Below are positions 27,382-36,007 of a stretch of DNA of 64,000 bases, one piece after another. Position 1 is the first letter of the stretch. Each line of letters begins with the position of its first letter. The notes beneath the pieces are model-generated. The model searched no databases. It saw only the letters and a list, made by a program, of their open reading frames with translations, and had not been told where the DNA came from. The stretch is from Methanotrichaceae archaeon (GTDB lineage: Archaea; Halobacteriota; Methanosarcinia; Methanotrichales; Methanotrichaceae). The stretch spans positions 64,001 to 128,000 of the forward strand of contig CAVVKN010000004.1 of assembly GCA_963748825.1 (NCBI GenBank), written 5' to 3'. Made by a program: the position numbers and the translations under genes.

Positions 27382-29202
27382 ATGGAGCAATCATCGCAGA
27401 AAGCTCGTATCAAAGTCATCAGCGAGCATATCACTAATATTTTCTCAAATGAGAAAAATGTTCTGATTGCATTGATGCTCTTTGGCCTACTCTGTCGCCT
27501 TTTCAACCTGGCCACTCCTCTTCTGGATTATCATAGTTGGCGGCAAACTGACACAGCAGCCATAGCCAGAAATTTTTATTACAATGGATTTAATATTTTT
27601 TATCCGCAAATAGACTGGGGAGGGGCCGGCCCGGGATATGTTGAAGCAGAATTTCAATTAGTTCCATTTATAATTGCTATATTTTATAAAATATTTGGAG
27701 TTCATGAATATGTAGCCCGGCTTGTAATCATAGCTTTTTCAGTAGGTTCTATTTATCTTCTTTATAAAATGGTGCGCATTTACTACAGCAGAAGGGTAGC
27801 TATCTTCAGCGCAATTTTCTTTATTATATCTCCTATGGAGCTATATTTTGGCAGGACCGTTATGCCAGATTCAGCCATGATTTTCTTTTCGATTGGTTCA
27901 CTATATTTTTTTAATAAATGGACCAATGACGAAAAAAATGGCTCATTGATTTTGGCGATAATCTGCACAACCCTTGCCTTCCTTGTAAAGATATCCACGC
28001 TATATTTGGGATTGCCTTTGCTCTGGTTGGCATACACTAAGTACGGAAAGAGGTTTTTATTCGAACCAAAGCTCTACATCTTCACTATACTTATATTAAT
28101 TCCCCCAGTTATGTGGTATTATTTTGCCCATTCAGTTCTTGCCCAGTACAATACATTTGATTTTTGGAACCTTGGCAGCGGGAGCAAATTTGCCAGCCTC
28201 GAAACGCTTACTGATCCGTGGATTTACACAACTCTCGCCACAAGGTTGGTAATCTACATATTCACGCCAGTCGGGTTGCTGCTATTTATCTACGCACTAT
28301 CTTTGAAGACGAAGCTCAAGGATTACGTATTTCATTTCTGGGTCCTAGCCGTAATCATCTTTTTTTTGCTGGTTCCTCTTGGCAACATTGGCAATGACTA
28401 CTACCAACGAGCATTGATTCCTGCCGTAGCAGTCTTTGTGGGAAGAGCTCTCTCTGAGGTGTATGAAAAAAAGAAGATATTACCATTCATTCTTGTTGCT
28501 TTCATATCGATATCATCCGTTTACTATATGGCCCCCGCATATGATCAAGGTTATGTAATCCTTGATGCAGGGACTATGGTAGATAAGGTAACCAGCCAGA
28601 ATGACCTAATAATAACAACCTCATGGATAGGCTCGAGTCCAAATATATTATATTATTCAAATAGAAAAGGCTGGGTAGTTCCAGCGGAAAGATGGTCAGA
28701 GGAGACCATTGAGCAGATGAAAGTACAGGGTGCAAAATTCTTGGTGATTGCTCCACAGTCATTGCTTTCAGATAATCCCCAATTTGCCAATCAAATCTTC
28801 AGTAATTATAGGTCGCTCATTGGTAGTAATTTCGTGATATTTGATTTGTCTCTGCCAAGCGATATAAACCGCTCACCAAATCAGACTGATATAGCCTTCA
28901 AAGGCAGTGGTGCACTCGTCGGTGGAAATATGGAAGAAAGCACCTCAGGTCTCCTGAATATAACCTGTTATTATAATAGATCTGATGTAAATATTAATAC
29001 AAATAGAATAAATGGAAAATATTACGTTCTTGGGGTTGATTTTATGGATAAAGACGGTCAAATAGTACGTGAGAATCGATTCTTCACCAGCGAACTATCC
29101 CCCAGTGGCATCACAAAGAATAACTATGTGACTTCATTGTCTTCAGATGAGAAAGCGAAGATATATGATGCTCAAGTAAAACTTGGCGAAATAGAATTCT
29201 AA
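27382..29202 (+). CDS. GT-C/ArnT (GT39-like) polytopic glycosyltransferase
   Basis: HSWRQTDTAAIARNFY, EAEFQ, many TM helices, YYSNRKGW and a C-terminal soluble domain. Confidence 0.88.
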   Translation: MEQSSQKARIKVISEHITNIFSNEKNVLIALMLFGLLCRLFNLATPLLDYHSWRQTDTAAIARNFYYNGFNIFYPQIDWGGAGPGYVEAEFQLVPFIIAIFYKIFGVHEYVARLVIIAFSVGSIYLLYKMVRIYYSRRVAIFSAIFFIISPMELYFGRTVMPDSAMIFFSIGSLYFFNKWTNDEKNGSLILAIICTTLAFLVKISTLYLGLPLLWLAYTKYGKRFLFEPKLYIFTILILIPPVMWYYFAHSVLAQYNTFDFWNLGSGSKFASLETLTDPWIYTTLATRLVIYIFTPVGLLLFIYALSLKTKLKDYVFHFWVLAVIIFFLLVPLGNIGNDYYQRALIPAVAVFVGRALSEVYEKKKILPFILVAFISISSVYYMAPAYDQGYVILDAGTMVDKVTSQNDLIITTSWIGSSPNILYYSNRKGWVVPAERWSEETIEQMKVQGAKFLVIAPQSLLSDNPQFANQIFSNYRSLIGSNFVIFDLSLPSDINRSPNQTDIAFKGSGALVGGNMEESTSGLLNITCYYNRSDVNINTNRINGKYYVLGVDFMDKDGQIVRENRFFTSELSPSGITKNNYVTSLSSDEKAKIYDAQVKLGEIEF

Positions 29203-29361
29203 TTCATACATGTAATTTGAGCCATTAACTATTTTTGGTCGCCTGCGTGAGCTATTAAAAAGCGCTAATTATAATTCTACATCCAGCAAGGGTCCAATCT
29301 ACCCAAATTGGAAAACATCAAGCGTAGCTATATATGCCGATCTATTCTTTCACCTCATGCC

Positions 29362-30285
29362 ATGCCACCACAAAATCAAGCTACACAGACCCTCACCAAG
29401 CAGGGCTACCACCTGGTGGGCTCGGGCGCAGTCAAGCCCTGCCTGTGGCTCAACCGCTCCCTGCGAGGCGGGGACCAGTGCTACAAGCATCACTTCTACG
29501 GCATCTCCAGCCACCGCTGCGTGCAGATGACGCCCACCTTGGAGTGCAACCACCACTGCCTGCACTGCTGGAGGCCGATAGACGATCCTGTGCCGGGAAT
29601 TGCCCCTCAGGAGCCTGCGGAGCTATTGGACGGCATCCTGCGCGGCCAGCAGAAGTTTATTTCCGGCTATGGCGGAGCCAAGACCACGGATCTGGAGAGG
29701 TTGGCCGAGGCGCGCGAGCCAAAGCATGTGGCTCTCTCCCTCATGGGCGAGCCCACACTCTATCCATATCTAAAGGAGCTTATCGATCTGATACGTAAAA
29801 GAGGCATGACCTCTTTTGTGGTGAGCAACGCCACAAATCCCGATGTCCTGGCCGAGCTGCAGCCGACGCAGCTCTACCTCAGCCTCAATGCTCCCGACGA
29901 GGAGTTGTACCGGCGCGTCTGCCGTCCCACCGGAGAACTCTGGCAAAGGATCCTGGAGAGCCTGGAGATCATCAAGCAGCACCGCTGCCGAAGCGTGATC
30001 CGCCTGACTCTGGTCCGCGGCCTGAACATGGAAAGGCCGGAGGACTACGCCCGCCTCATCGCGAAGGCCGAGCCGGACTTTGTGGAGGTCAAGGCATACA
30101 TGCACCTGGGCCGCTCCCGAGACCGTCTGACCCGCGAGGCCATGCCGCAGCACTCCGAGATCATGGAATTCACTCGCACCTTAGGCAGGGCCCTGGGCTA
30201 CGAGCTGGAGGCAGACGTGCCCCTGAGCCGGGTTGCCCTTCTCTCCAGCCGGCGTGTGGAGAGAAGCCTGGTGGATAAGAATTAA
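29362..30285 (+). CDS. taw1: 4-demethylwyosine synthase Taw1/TYW1 (radical SAM)
   Basis: VKPCLW, CYKHHFYGISSHRCVQMTP, CNHHCLHCWRP, LSLMGEPTLYP and EVKAYMHLG. Confidence 0.95.
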   Translation: MPPQNQATQTLTKQGYHLVGSGAVKPCLWLNRSLRGGDQCYKHHFYGISSHRCVQMTPTLECNHHCLHCWRPIDDPVPGIAPQEPAELLDGILRGQQKFISGYGGAKTTDLERLAEAREPKHVALSLMGEPTLYPYLKELIDLIRKRGMTSFVVSNATNPDVLAELQPTQLYLSLNAPDEELYRRVCRPTGELWQRILESLEIIKQHRCRSVIRLTLVRGLNMERPEDYARLIAKAEPDFVEVKAYMHLGRSRDRLTREAMPQHSEIMEFTRTLGRALGYELEADVPLSRVALLSSRRVERSLVDKN

Positions 30286-30670
30286 AAAGGCAAAATTGGA
30301 GAGAAGCGGAGAACGATTCGTCTCACTCAAGGTGAAACGACGGCGGCGCACCCGCGCGGCAAGCTGCGGGGCATTACGTTTAAAAAAAAGGATAAATATG
30401 CACGATGATCACACCGGATTAAAGACACACTCCGGATTAAAAATCAGTACTTACTCAGACATTTTATAGTTATGAACTCATGAAATGGAAAATTTAGGTG
30501 CAAAGATGGTTACGCACCCAGGATTAAGATACAAGGTTAATCTAAGAGAGAGCATTTAAGAGAAGATATGTTCCGCTCAGTGGGAAAACTATTTTTGTGG
30601 GTAGTTGCAACAACTCCTTTGGCCTTAATGATTTAAGGAGAAGAGTGGGCGTAAAGCTTCAGGTGAATCT

Positions 30671-31069
30671 ATGGACTTAGAAATAAAGATCCTGCTGGTG
30701 GAGGACAATTTAGAGGACGCAGCCGTAACAAAGCGCGTGTTAAAGCATAATAAGCTGAATAATGGTCTGGTTATTGCCACCAGCGGCAAAGAGGCCCTGG
30801 CAGCGCTGCAAAATAAGACTAAGGCAGATCTGCCCCAGCTAATCTTGCTGGATATCAACCTGCCCGATATCAGCGGCATAGATCTTCTCACCTGCATAAA
30901 AAAAGATGAAAATCTTCGCAACATACCCGTGGTCATTCTTACCGGATCCAATGTGGATCAAGATATTCAGAAGAGCTACGATCTGGGAGCGGGCAGCTAC
31001 CTGGTCAAGCCCATCTCCAATGATGCCTTGATGCTGGTCATCGAGAAGCTATTTTATCCCAGAGGCTAG
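30671..31069 (+). CDS. Single-domain response regulator (receiver)
   Basis: ILLVEDN, ILLDINLPDISG, VVILTGS and YLVKP; no kinase gene in the window. Confidence 0.93.
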   Translation: MDLEIKILLVEDNLEDAAVTKRVLKHNKLNNGLVIATSGKEALAALQNKTKADLPQLILLDINLPDISGIDLLTCIKKDENLRNIPVVILTGSNVDQDIQKSYDLGAGSYLVKPISNDALMLVIEKLFYPRG

Positions 31070-31903
31070 ACGCCTCGCTACATCAAGATTCCCTCTATCA
31101 TCCCGGCGAGCATCCACCGGCGTCTCCAGGATCATAGCCAGGTCGGCAAGAGCGGGATGAACAAGAATTGCGCGAAAGCCCTCCTCGCCTATCTGCCCCA
31201 GGCCAATATGCTCATGCCGGTCCAGATGCGACCCGATGGCTCCCTTGCAATCGTTGAGATGGATGAGCATAAGCAACTCTAGTCCGATGCGATCCTGAAA
31301 CTGATCCAGCGTCGTCTGCAATGCACGAGAGGATCGCAGGTCGTATCCTGCGGCATGAAGATGACATGTATCCAGGCAAACGCCCAACCGCTCGCGTTCG
31401 GCTGGCAGGGATTGCAGGATGGCAGCTATATCGGAAAACGTGCTACCCATGCTGTTCTTTGTGCCGGCGCTGTTCTCCAGAAGCAAGACGGTATCGCTAT
31501 CGCACTCAGAAAAGACAGTCTGCAAAGCAGCTACAATCCTCGCGAGCCCACTCTCCCGGCCCCCGCCCAGGTGACTTCCCAGATGAGTTACAAGATAAGG
31601 TATGCCTAAAGCCTGGCAGCGCTCCAGCTCCCTCGCGAGAGCCTCTACCGATTTGGCATAAACCTCTTCCTTTGACGAGGCAAGGTTGGGCAAGTAAGGC
31701 ATATGGTCAACGACAGGAGAGAGGCCGGACTGCCTTTGCAGAGCGAGAAAGCGCTCCACAGATTCATCTGGGATGGGATTTGAGCTCCATTTGCGAGGAT
31801 TGGAAGAGAAGATCTGAAAGGCATCACAACCTTTTTCGCGAGCACGAGAAACGGCCCTGTCCACGCCACCAGCAACTGAAACGTGCACGCCTAATCGCAC
31901 CAT
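31049..31903 (-). CDS. nfo: Endonuclease IV (AP endonuclease)
   Basis: GVHVSVAGG, HMPYLPNLAS, LLLENSAG, CLDTCH and HLND....GSHLDRHEHIG. Confidence 0.95.
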   Translation of the reverse strand: MVRLGVHVSVAGGVDRAVSRAREKGCDAFQIFSSNPRKWSSNPIPDESVERFLALQRQSGLSPVVDHMPYLPNLASSKEEVYAKSVEALARELERCQALGIPYLVTHLGSHLGGGRESGLARIVAALQTVFSECDSDTVLLLENSAGTKNSMGSTFSDIAAILQSLPAERERLGVCLDTCHLHAAGYDLRSSRALQTTLDQFQDRIGLELLMLIHLNDCKGAIGSHLDRHEHIGLGQIGEEGFRAILVHPALADLAMILETPVDARRDDRGNLDVARRLASGIK

Positions 31904-32013
31904 GTTCCAGGTCTCAAGAGTGCTTCTCAGATCAAACTTGCCCTGAGACCAGGCCCATGGATAAATTGATTATGGCATATATCGTTGTTAGGGCACAGGG
32001 CCCCGAGTTGCGA

Positions 32014-32071
32014 CGCCGATGATGATACAGCATGCTCTGATGCCATGATGAGCCCTATGAGTTCTGAGGCG
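32014..32071 (+). ncRNA. Box C/D guide sRNA, likely the tRNA-Met Cm34 guide (sR-tMet-like)
   Basis: CGCC-G-ATGATGA(C)-TACAGCATGCT-CTGA(D')-TGCC-ATGATGA(C')-GCCCTATGAGTT-CTGA(D)-GGCG; terminal 4-bp stem; D guide is antisense to ..CTCATAGGG. Confidence 0.88.
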
Positions 32072-32151
32072 CGCAAAAATATACGCAAATAAGAAAAGTC
32101 AAAAGAAGAAAGGAAAGAAAGCTCGTTGGTTTTGCCGTTCTTTCTGAGCCC

Positions 32152-32460
32152 TCAGGTGTTCATGCGAGCTTTTGCCCATAAGCTAATATTGTCGATCAGA
32201 TTCAGTTCTACGATCTTTCGAGTATCGTAAAGCATCTCTTCCACCTCATGCATTGTGAAGCTCTTCTTCCCACCCTTCTTATCGACAACCTCGAGGACCG
32301 CGTTGGGCGTGGATTTGCTTATCTCCCGCATCTGCCCTGCCAGAACTGAGCAGGCATTTTTTAGATATTTTATGGAGTAGTCTGATGTAGACTTCCTATC
32401 GGTGAGGTTCTTATTAACCTCCTTGATGGACCAGCATATGGTGAGGATATCTCTATACAT
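32152..32460 (-). CDS. Hypothetical protein
   Basis: 102-aa ORF with GGTG RBS-like element and upstream TTTAAATA box. Confidence 0.7.
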   Translation of the reverse strand: MYRDILTICWSIKEVNKNLTDRKSTSDYSIKYLKNACSVLAGQMREISKSTPNAVLEVVDKKGGKKSFTMHEVEEMLYDTRKIVELNLIDNISLWAKARMNT

Positions 32461-32563
32461 CTCGGCACCCTGCAGGAGAAAGGGCCAGAGGATATTTAAA
32501 CGCTGTGGAGAGCCAAGCGCTAAATGAGGGAAATGAAATAAAATAAAATATAGAATAAAAAGG

Positions 32564-32771
32564 TGGGGCTGGTGAGATTCGAACTCACGATCGACGGGTA
32601 TCTCCGATACTGAAGTGCATACAGCCGGAAATCGGTGGCTGATAACAGCTCATTTCAGTGCTCCAACGGATCATCAACGATCTCCCCGTCGAGAGATCTC
32701 AGTAGACCCGTTGCTCATCATTAAATTATACCGCTGGAGCCCATCGCCCTACCTGGCTAGGCCACAGCCCC
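32564..32771 (-). tRNA. tRNA-Trp(CCA) with 134-nt intron at 37/38 (intron 32600-32733)
   Basis: 5' exon GGGGCTG...ATGGG-CT-CCA-G; 3' exon A-CCCGT...GTGAG-TTCGAAT-CTCAC-CAGCCCC-A. Confidence 0.95.
32600..32733 (-). ncRNA. Intron-encoded box C/D guide RNA of pre-tRNA-Trp
   Basis: ATGATGA-GCAACGGGTCTA-CTGA ... TTGATGA-TCCGTTGGAGCA-CTGA; guides complementary to the Trp anticodon arm, a known euryarchaeal arrangement. Confidence 0.9.
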
Positions 32772-32784
32772 GGTCGTTTTAAAG

Positions 32785-32858
32785 CGGGCCGAGAGGGATT
32801 TGAACCCCCGACCTAAAGGTTAAGAGCCTTTCGCTCTGCCTGACTAAGCTACCGGCCC
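32785..32858 (-). tRNA. tRNA-Lys(CTT)
   Basis: GGGCCGG acceptor; AAAGG-CT-CTT-AA-CCTTT anticodon arm; 13 nt upstream of tRNA-Trp; TATATAT box at about 32881-32889. Confidence 0.95.
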
Positions 32859-33027
32859 GGACTCATCCAAGGTTGATGCCATATATATACGTTTCGGGTA
32901 ACGGTTTGCCTGAGAGGCCCGGCGCATTCATTTAATAATAAACGCAAAGGAAGAGATAAGCAAACCTCCACAGAAGTAAATTCAAAGAGTCCAGGAAAAA
33001 AGAGATAATAGGAGCAGCAAACGCTCC

Positions 33028-34353
33028 CTAAAAAGTATTGATATACCTTTCAACCTCCCAGGGATGGACGTAGGTATTGTAAGCCTCCCACTCCAAAAGA
33101 CCCAGGCGCATGATATTCTCAAAAACATGCTCGCCCAAAGCCCCGCGTACGACACTATCCGCTTCCAGATAGTCCAGGGCCTCCTTAAGATTGGCTGGCA
33201 GGGTCTTGATGCCCATGGCTTTTCGCTCGGCGGGGCTGAGATGATAGACATTCAGATCAACCGGCTCTCCCGGATCGATGCCCCTCTTGATTCCGTCCAT
33301 GCCTGCCGCCAGGATTACGGCAAAGGTCAGGTAGGGATTACAGGTGGGATCTGGTGAGCGGAACTCTATGCGTGTGGATAAACCCCGGCCGGCTGGAATG
33401 CGAATTAGGGAGGAGCGGTTCGGCCCGGACCAGGTGATGTAGACGGGTGCCTCAAAGCCTGAGACCAGCCGCTTATAAGAGTTGATAAGGGGATTAGCAA
33501 TAGCCGTTATAGCACAGGCGTGCTCGATCAAGCCCCCTATAAAGAACCTGGCCAGATCGCTAATGCCTGTTTTCGCCTCGGAATCGAAGAAAGCATTCTC
33601 CTCTCCTCTAAATAACGAGATATTGGCATGCATTCCCGTGCCGGCTGCACCGTAAATGGGCTTGGGCATGAAAGTGGCGCGCAGGCCCTCTCTCATGGCA
33701 ATTGTCTTGGTGACAAACTTGAAGGTCACTACTTTGTCGGCGTTCTTCAGAGCATCGTCATAAACAAAGTCGATCTCGTGCTGACCCTTGGCAACCTCGT
33801 GATGAGAGGCCTCGATGGTAAAGCCCATCTGCGTCAGCGCCCGAACGATCTCGCGGCGCACATCCTCGGCCAGGTCTACGGGACCGAGGTCAAAGTAGCC
33901 GCCAAAGTCGTGCGGAATGGTAGCTGAGCCGCCATTCTGCTTTTCGAAGAGGAAGAACTCCAGCTCCGGGCCGACATTCATACTAAAGCCCATCTCCTGG
34001 GCTTTTTTGAGCTGCTGGCGCAAGACATGACGAGGATCGCCCTCGAAGGGCTTTCCGTTGGGCAGATGCACATCGCAGATCAGCCGGGCCTCGTTAGAGC
34101 CGTCCTTAGAGCGCCAGGGCAGGAGGCTGAAGGTGGACAGGTCTGGTTGCAGGACCATATCAGACTCCTGGATTCTGGCAAATCCCTCAATGGAAGAGCC
34201 GTCAAAAGATATGCCGCTCTTCAAGGCTTTTCCTATCTGGGTGACGGGAATGGCCACGTTCTTAACAATTCCCGATATATCCGTGAACTGTAGCCGGAGG
34301 AACTCTACGTTCTTCTCCTGGACGATTTTAAGGACCTGCTCCTGAGAGTACAT
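33028..34353 (-). CDS. glnA: Glutamine synthetase type I
   Basis: FDGSSIEGF, GPELEFF, SHHEVAKGQHEI, ATFMPKP, NSYKRLV and RIEFRSPD. Confidence 0.97.
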   Translation of the reverse strand: MYSQEQVLKIVQEKNVEFLRLQFTDISGIVKNVAIPVTQIGKALKSGISFDGSSIEGFARIQESDMVLQPDLSTFSLLPWRSKDGSNEARLICDVHLPNGKPFEGDPRHVLRQQLKKAQEMGFSMNVGPELEFFLFEKQNGGSATIPHDFGGYFDLGPVDLAEDVRREIVRALTQMGFTIEASHHEVAKGQHEIDFVYDDALKNADKVVTFKFVTKTIAMREGLRATFMPKPIYGAAGTGMHANISLFRGEENAFFDSEAKTGISDLARFFIGGLIEHACAITAIANPLINSYKRLVSGFEAPVYITWSGPNRSSLIRIPAGRGLSTRIEFRSPDPTCNPYLTFAVILAAGMDGIKRGIDPGEPVDLNVYHLSPAERKAMGIKTLPANLKEALDYLEADSVVRGALGEHVFENIMRLGLLEWEAYNTYVHPWEVERYINTF

Positions 34354-34491
34354 TTATTATCATCTCCTGCGTGACCCGCGGAGTCATTTATAAACAGGAA
34401 TCCGCGAGAGTGAAATATAAAGCCCATATGCTAGGGCGTGATTACATTTGCGAATCTGGCTCAATCTGGTGTTTTAAATAACTATCCGATG

Positions 34492-34505
34492 GGAAAGGCT
34501 ATTCC
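34492..34505. promoter_or_regulatory. Putative NrpR nitrogen operator GGAA-N6-TTCC in the glnA/purD divergent region
   Basis: GGAAAGGCTATTCC matches the methanogen NrpR consensus; about 140 bp upstream of glnA, next to TTTAAATA. Confidence 0.6.
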
Positions 34506-34585
34506 GGCTGCATTAACTTCTGGTGCCGCAATTCTTGCGGCAGCAATTACGCTTATCTAGGGTTATACTATTCATAAGGGATTTG

Positions 34586-36007
34586 ATGTCCGGCAAAAGA
34601 GTTTTCGTGGTGGACGCGGGAGGCAGAGGAAATGCCATAGCCCATGCCTTTGCCCGGAGCGGCAGCGTGGAGACGGTATTTGTGGCTCCCGGCAACGCAG
34701 GCAGCGAGATGATAGAGAAGTGCCGCCTGGCAACAGTGCAAGGCAAGCCTCCCAAGACCATCTCGGAAATGCTCGCTTTTGCAAAACAGGAAAATATAGA
34801 CATGACCTTTGTCGGGCCGGAGGGCTACCTGTCCGATGGGATTGTCAATGTCTTCCAGGAGGAAGGCCAAAGAATCCTGGGCCCCAAGAAAGAGGCAGCC
34901 ATCCTGGAGAACAGCAAGTGCACGACCAAAGATCTTCTCAAGAGCCTGAATGTTCCCGTGCCGCGCTGCGAGAACTTCGATGACCCGGCAGCTGCCAGGG
35001 AGTACGCCCATCAGTTCTGCTCGGAAAATTCCGGTCAGGGCCTGGTGATCAAGGCGGACGGTCTGGCGGCTGGAAAGGGCTCCGTGGTTTGCTCCACTGA
35101 AGAGGAGGCCCTGTCTACCATCGAGCGCATCATGGTCAGCCCCAAGCTCTTTGGCAAGGCAGGAGAGAGAATCGAGATTGAAAAGCGGCTGGAAGGGCGC
35201 GAGCTGATGTTCTTTGCCCTTAGCGACGGCAGGACGGCTTTGCCGCTGGAGTCGGCTCTTGACTACAAGCAGGCTTTTTCCGCAGACGAGGCAGTGGCCG
35301 TTCGGCTCTTCAATAAGCTCTCCAATAACCCCAATTTTGAGAACAATCCCAATACGGGCGGTATGGGTGGCTTCTCGCCTCACCCCTGGCTGGATGAGGA
35401 GCTGACGGAGAGAATAATGAATAAAATTGTCATGCCTACTGTGCACGGCTTTCGGGAAGCCACAGGGCACGAATACGTGGGCGTGATCTACTTCGGGCTC
35501 ATGATCTCGGAAGAAAGGGATCCGTCCGTGCTGGAGATCAATGTGCGCCTGGGTGATCCCGAGACGCAGGTCATTCTGCCTCGCCTGGAGACGGACTTCT
35601 TCCAGCTATCTGAGGCCGTGCTGGACAGAAAGCTCGGAACGGTGCCGCTGCAGTGGTCGCGTGACTTCTGCTTGGGGATTTGCGCCACATCTGGCCGGGC
35701 CATCAAGCCCCACTCCTCCGGAGGAGGCGGAGAGCGGCCCGGCTATCCGGGAGAGCACTACACCAATATGCCCATCTCCGGATTGGAGAAGGTGGACCCG
35801 GAGGTTCTGGTCTACCACAACGGCACGGCCTTTGGCCAGGATGCCACGGGCAAGAGAAGGCTGTTTACCACGGGCGGGCGGGTGCTGACCCTAGTCGCAC
35901 GCGGCCGCAGCCTGGGCGAGGCCAGGATCAAGGCCTACGACAACATCAAGCGGATCCGTTTCAATGGAATGCGCTACAGAAAGGACATAGGCCAGGGCTA
36001 TCTATGA
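34586..36007 (+). CDS. purD: Phosphoribosylamine--glycine ligase
   Basis: APGNAG, FVGPE, KADGLAAGKG, NPNTGGMG, EINVRLGDPETQ, GGRVL and YRKDIG. Confidence 0.95.
   Translation: MSGKRVFVVDAGGRGNAIAHAFARSGSVETVFVAPGNAGSEMIEKCRLATVQGKPPKTISEMLAFAKQENIDMTFVGPEGYLSDGIVNVFQEEGQRILGPKKEAAILENSKCTTKDLLKSLNVPVPRCENFDDPAAAREYAHQFCSENSGQGLVIKADGLAAGKGSVVCSTEEEALSTIERIMVSPKLFGKAGERIEIEKRLEGRELMFFALSDGRTALPLESALDYKQAFSADEAVAVRLFNKLSNNPNFENNPNTGGMGGFSPHPWLDEELTERIMNKIVMPTVHGFREATGHEYVGVIYFGLMISEERDPSVLEINVRLGDPETQVILPRLETDFFQLSEAVLDRKLGTVPLQWSRDFCLGICATSGRAIKPHSSGGGGERPGYPGEHYTNMPISGLEKVDPEVLVYHNGTAFGQDATGKRRLFTTGGRVLTLVARGRSLGEARIKAYDNIKRIRFNGMRYRKDIGQGYL

Noticed and set aside
21936-29300. Island integrated at tRNA-Arg
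   Set aside because: No integrase, and I saw no duplicated tRNA 3' end; the genes next to the tRNA have host-like composition
35680-36003. Long N-terminal extension of Kae1 in the ORF track
   Set aside because: Overlaps purD in another frame; homology starts at ATG 36004
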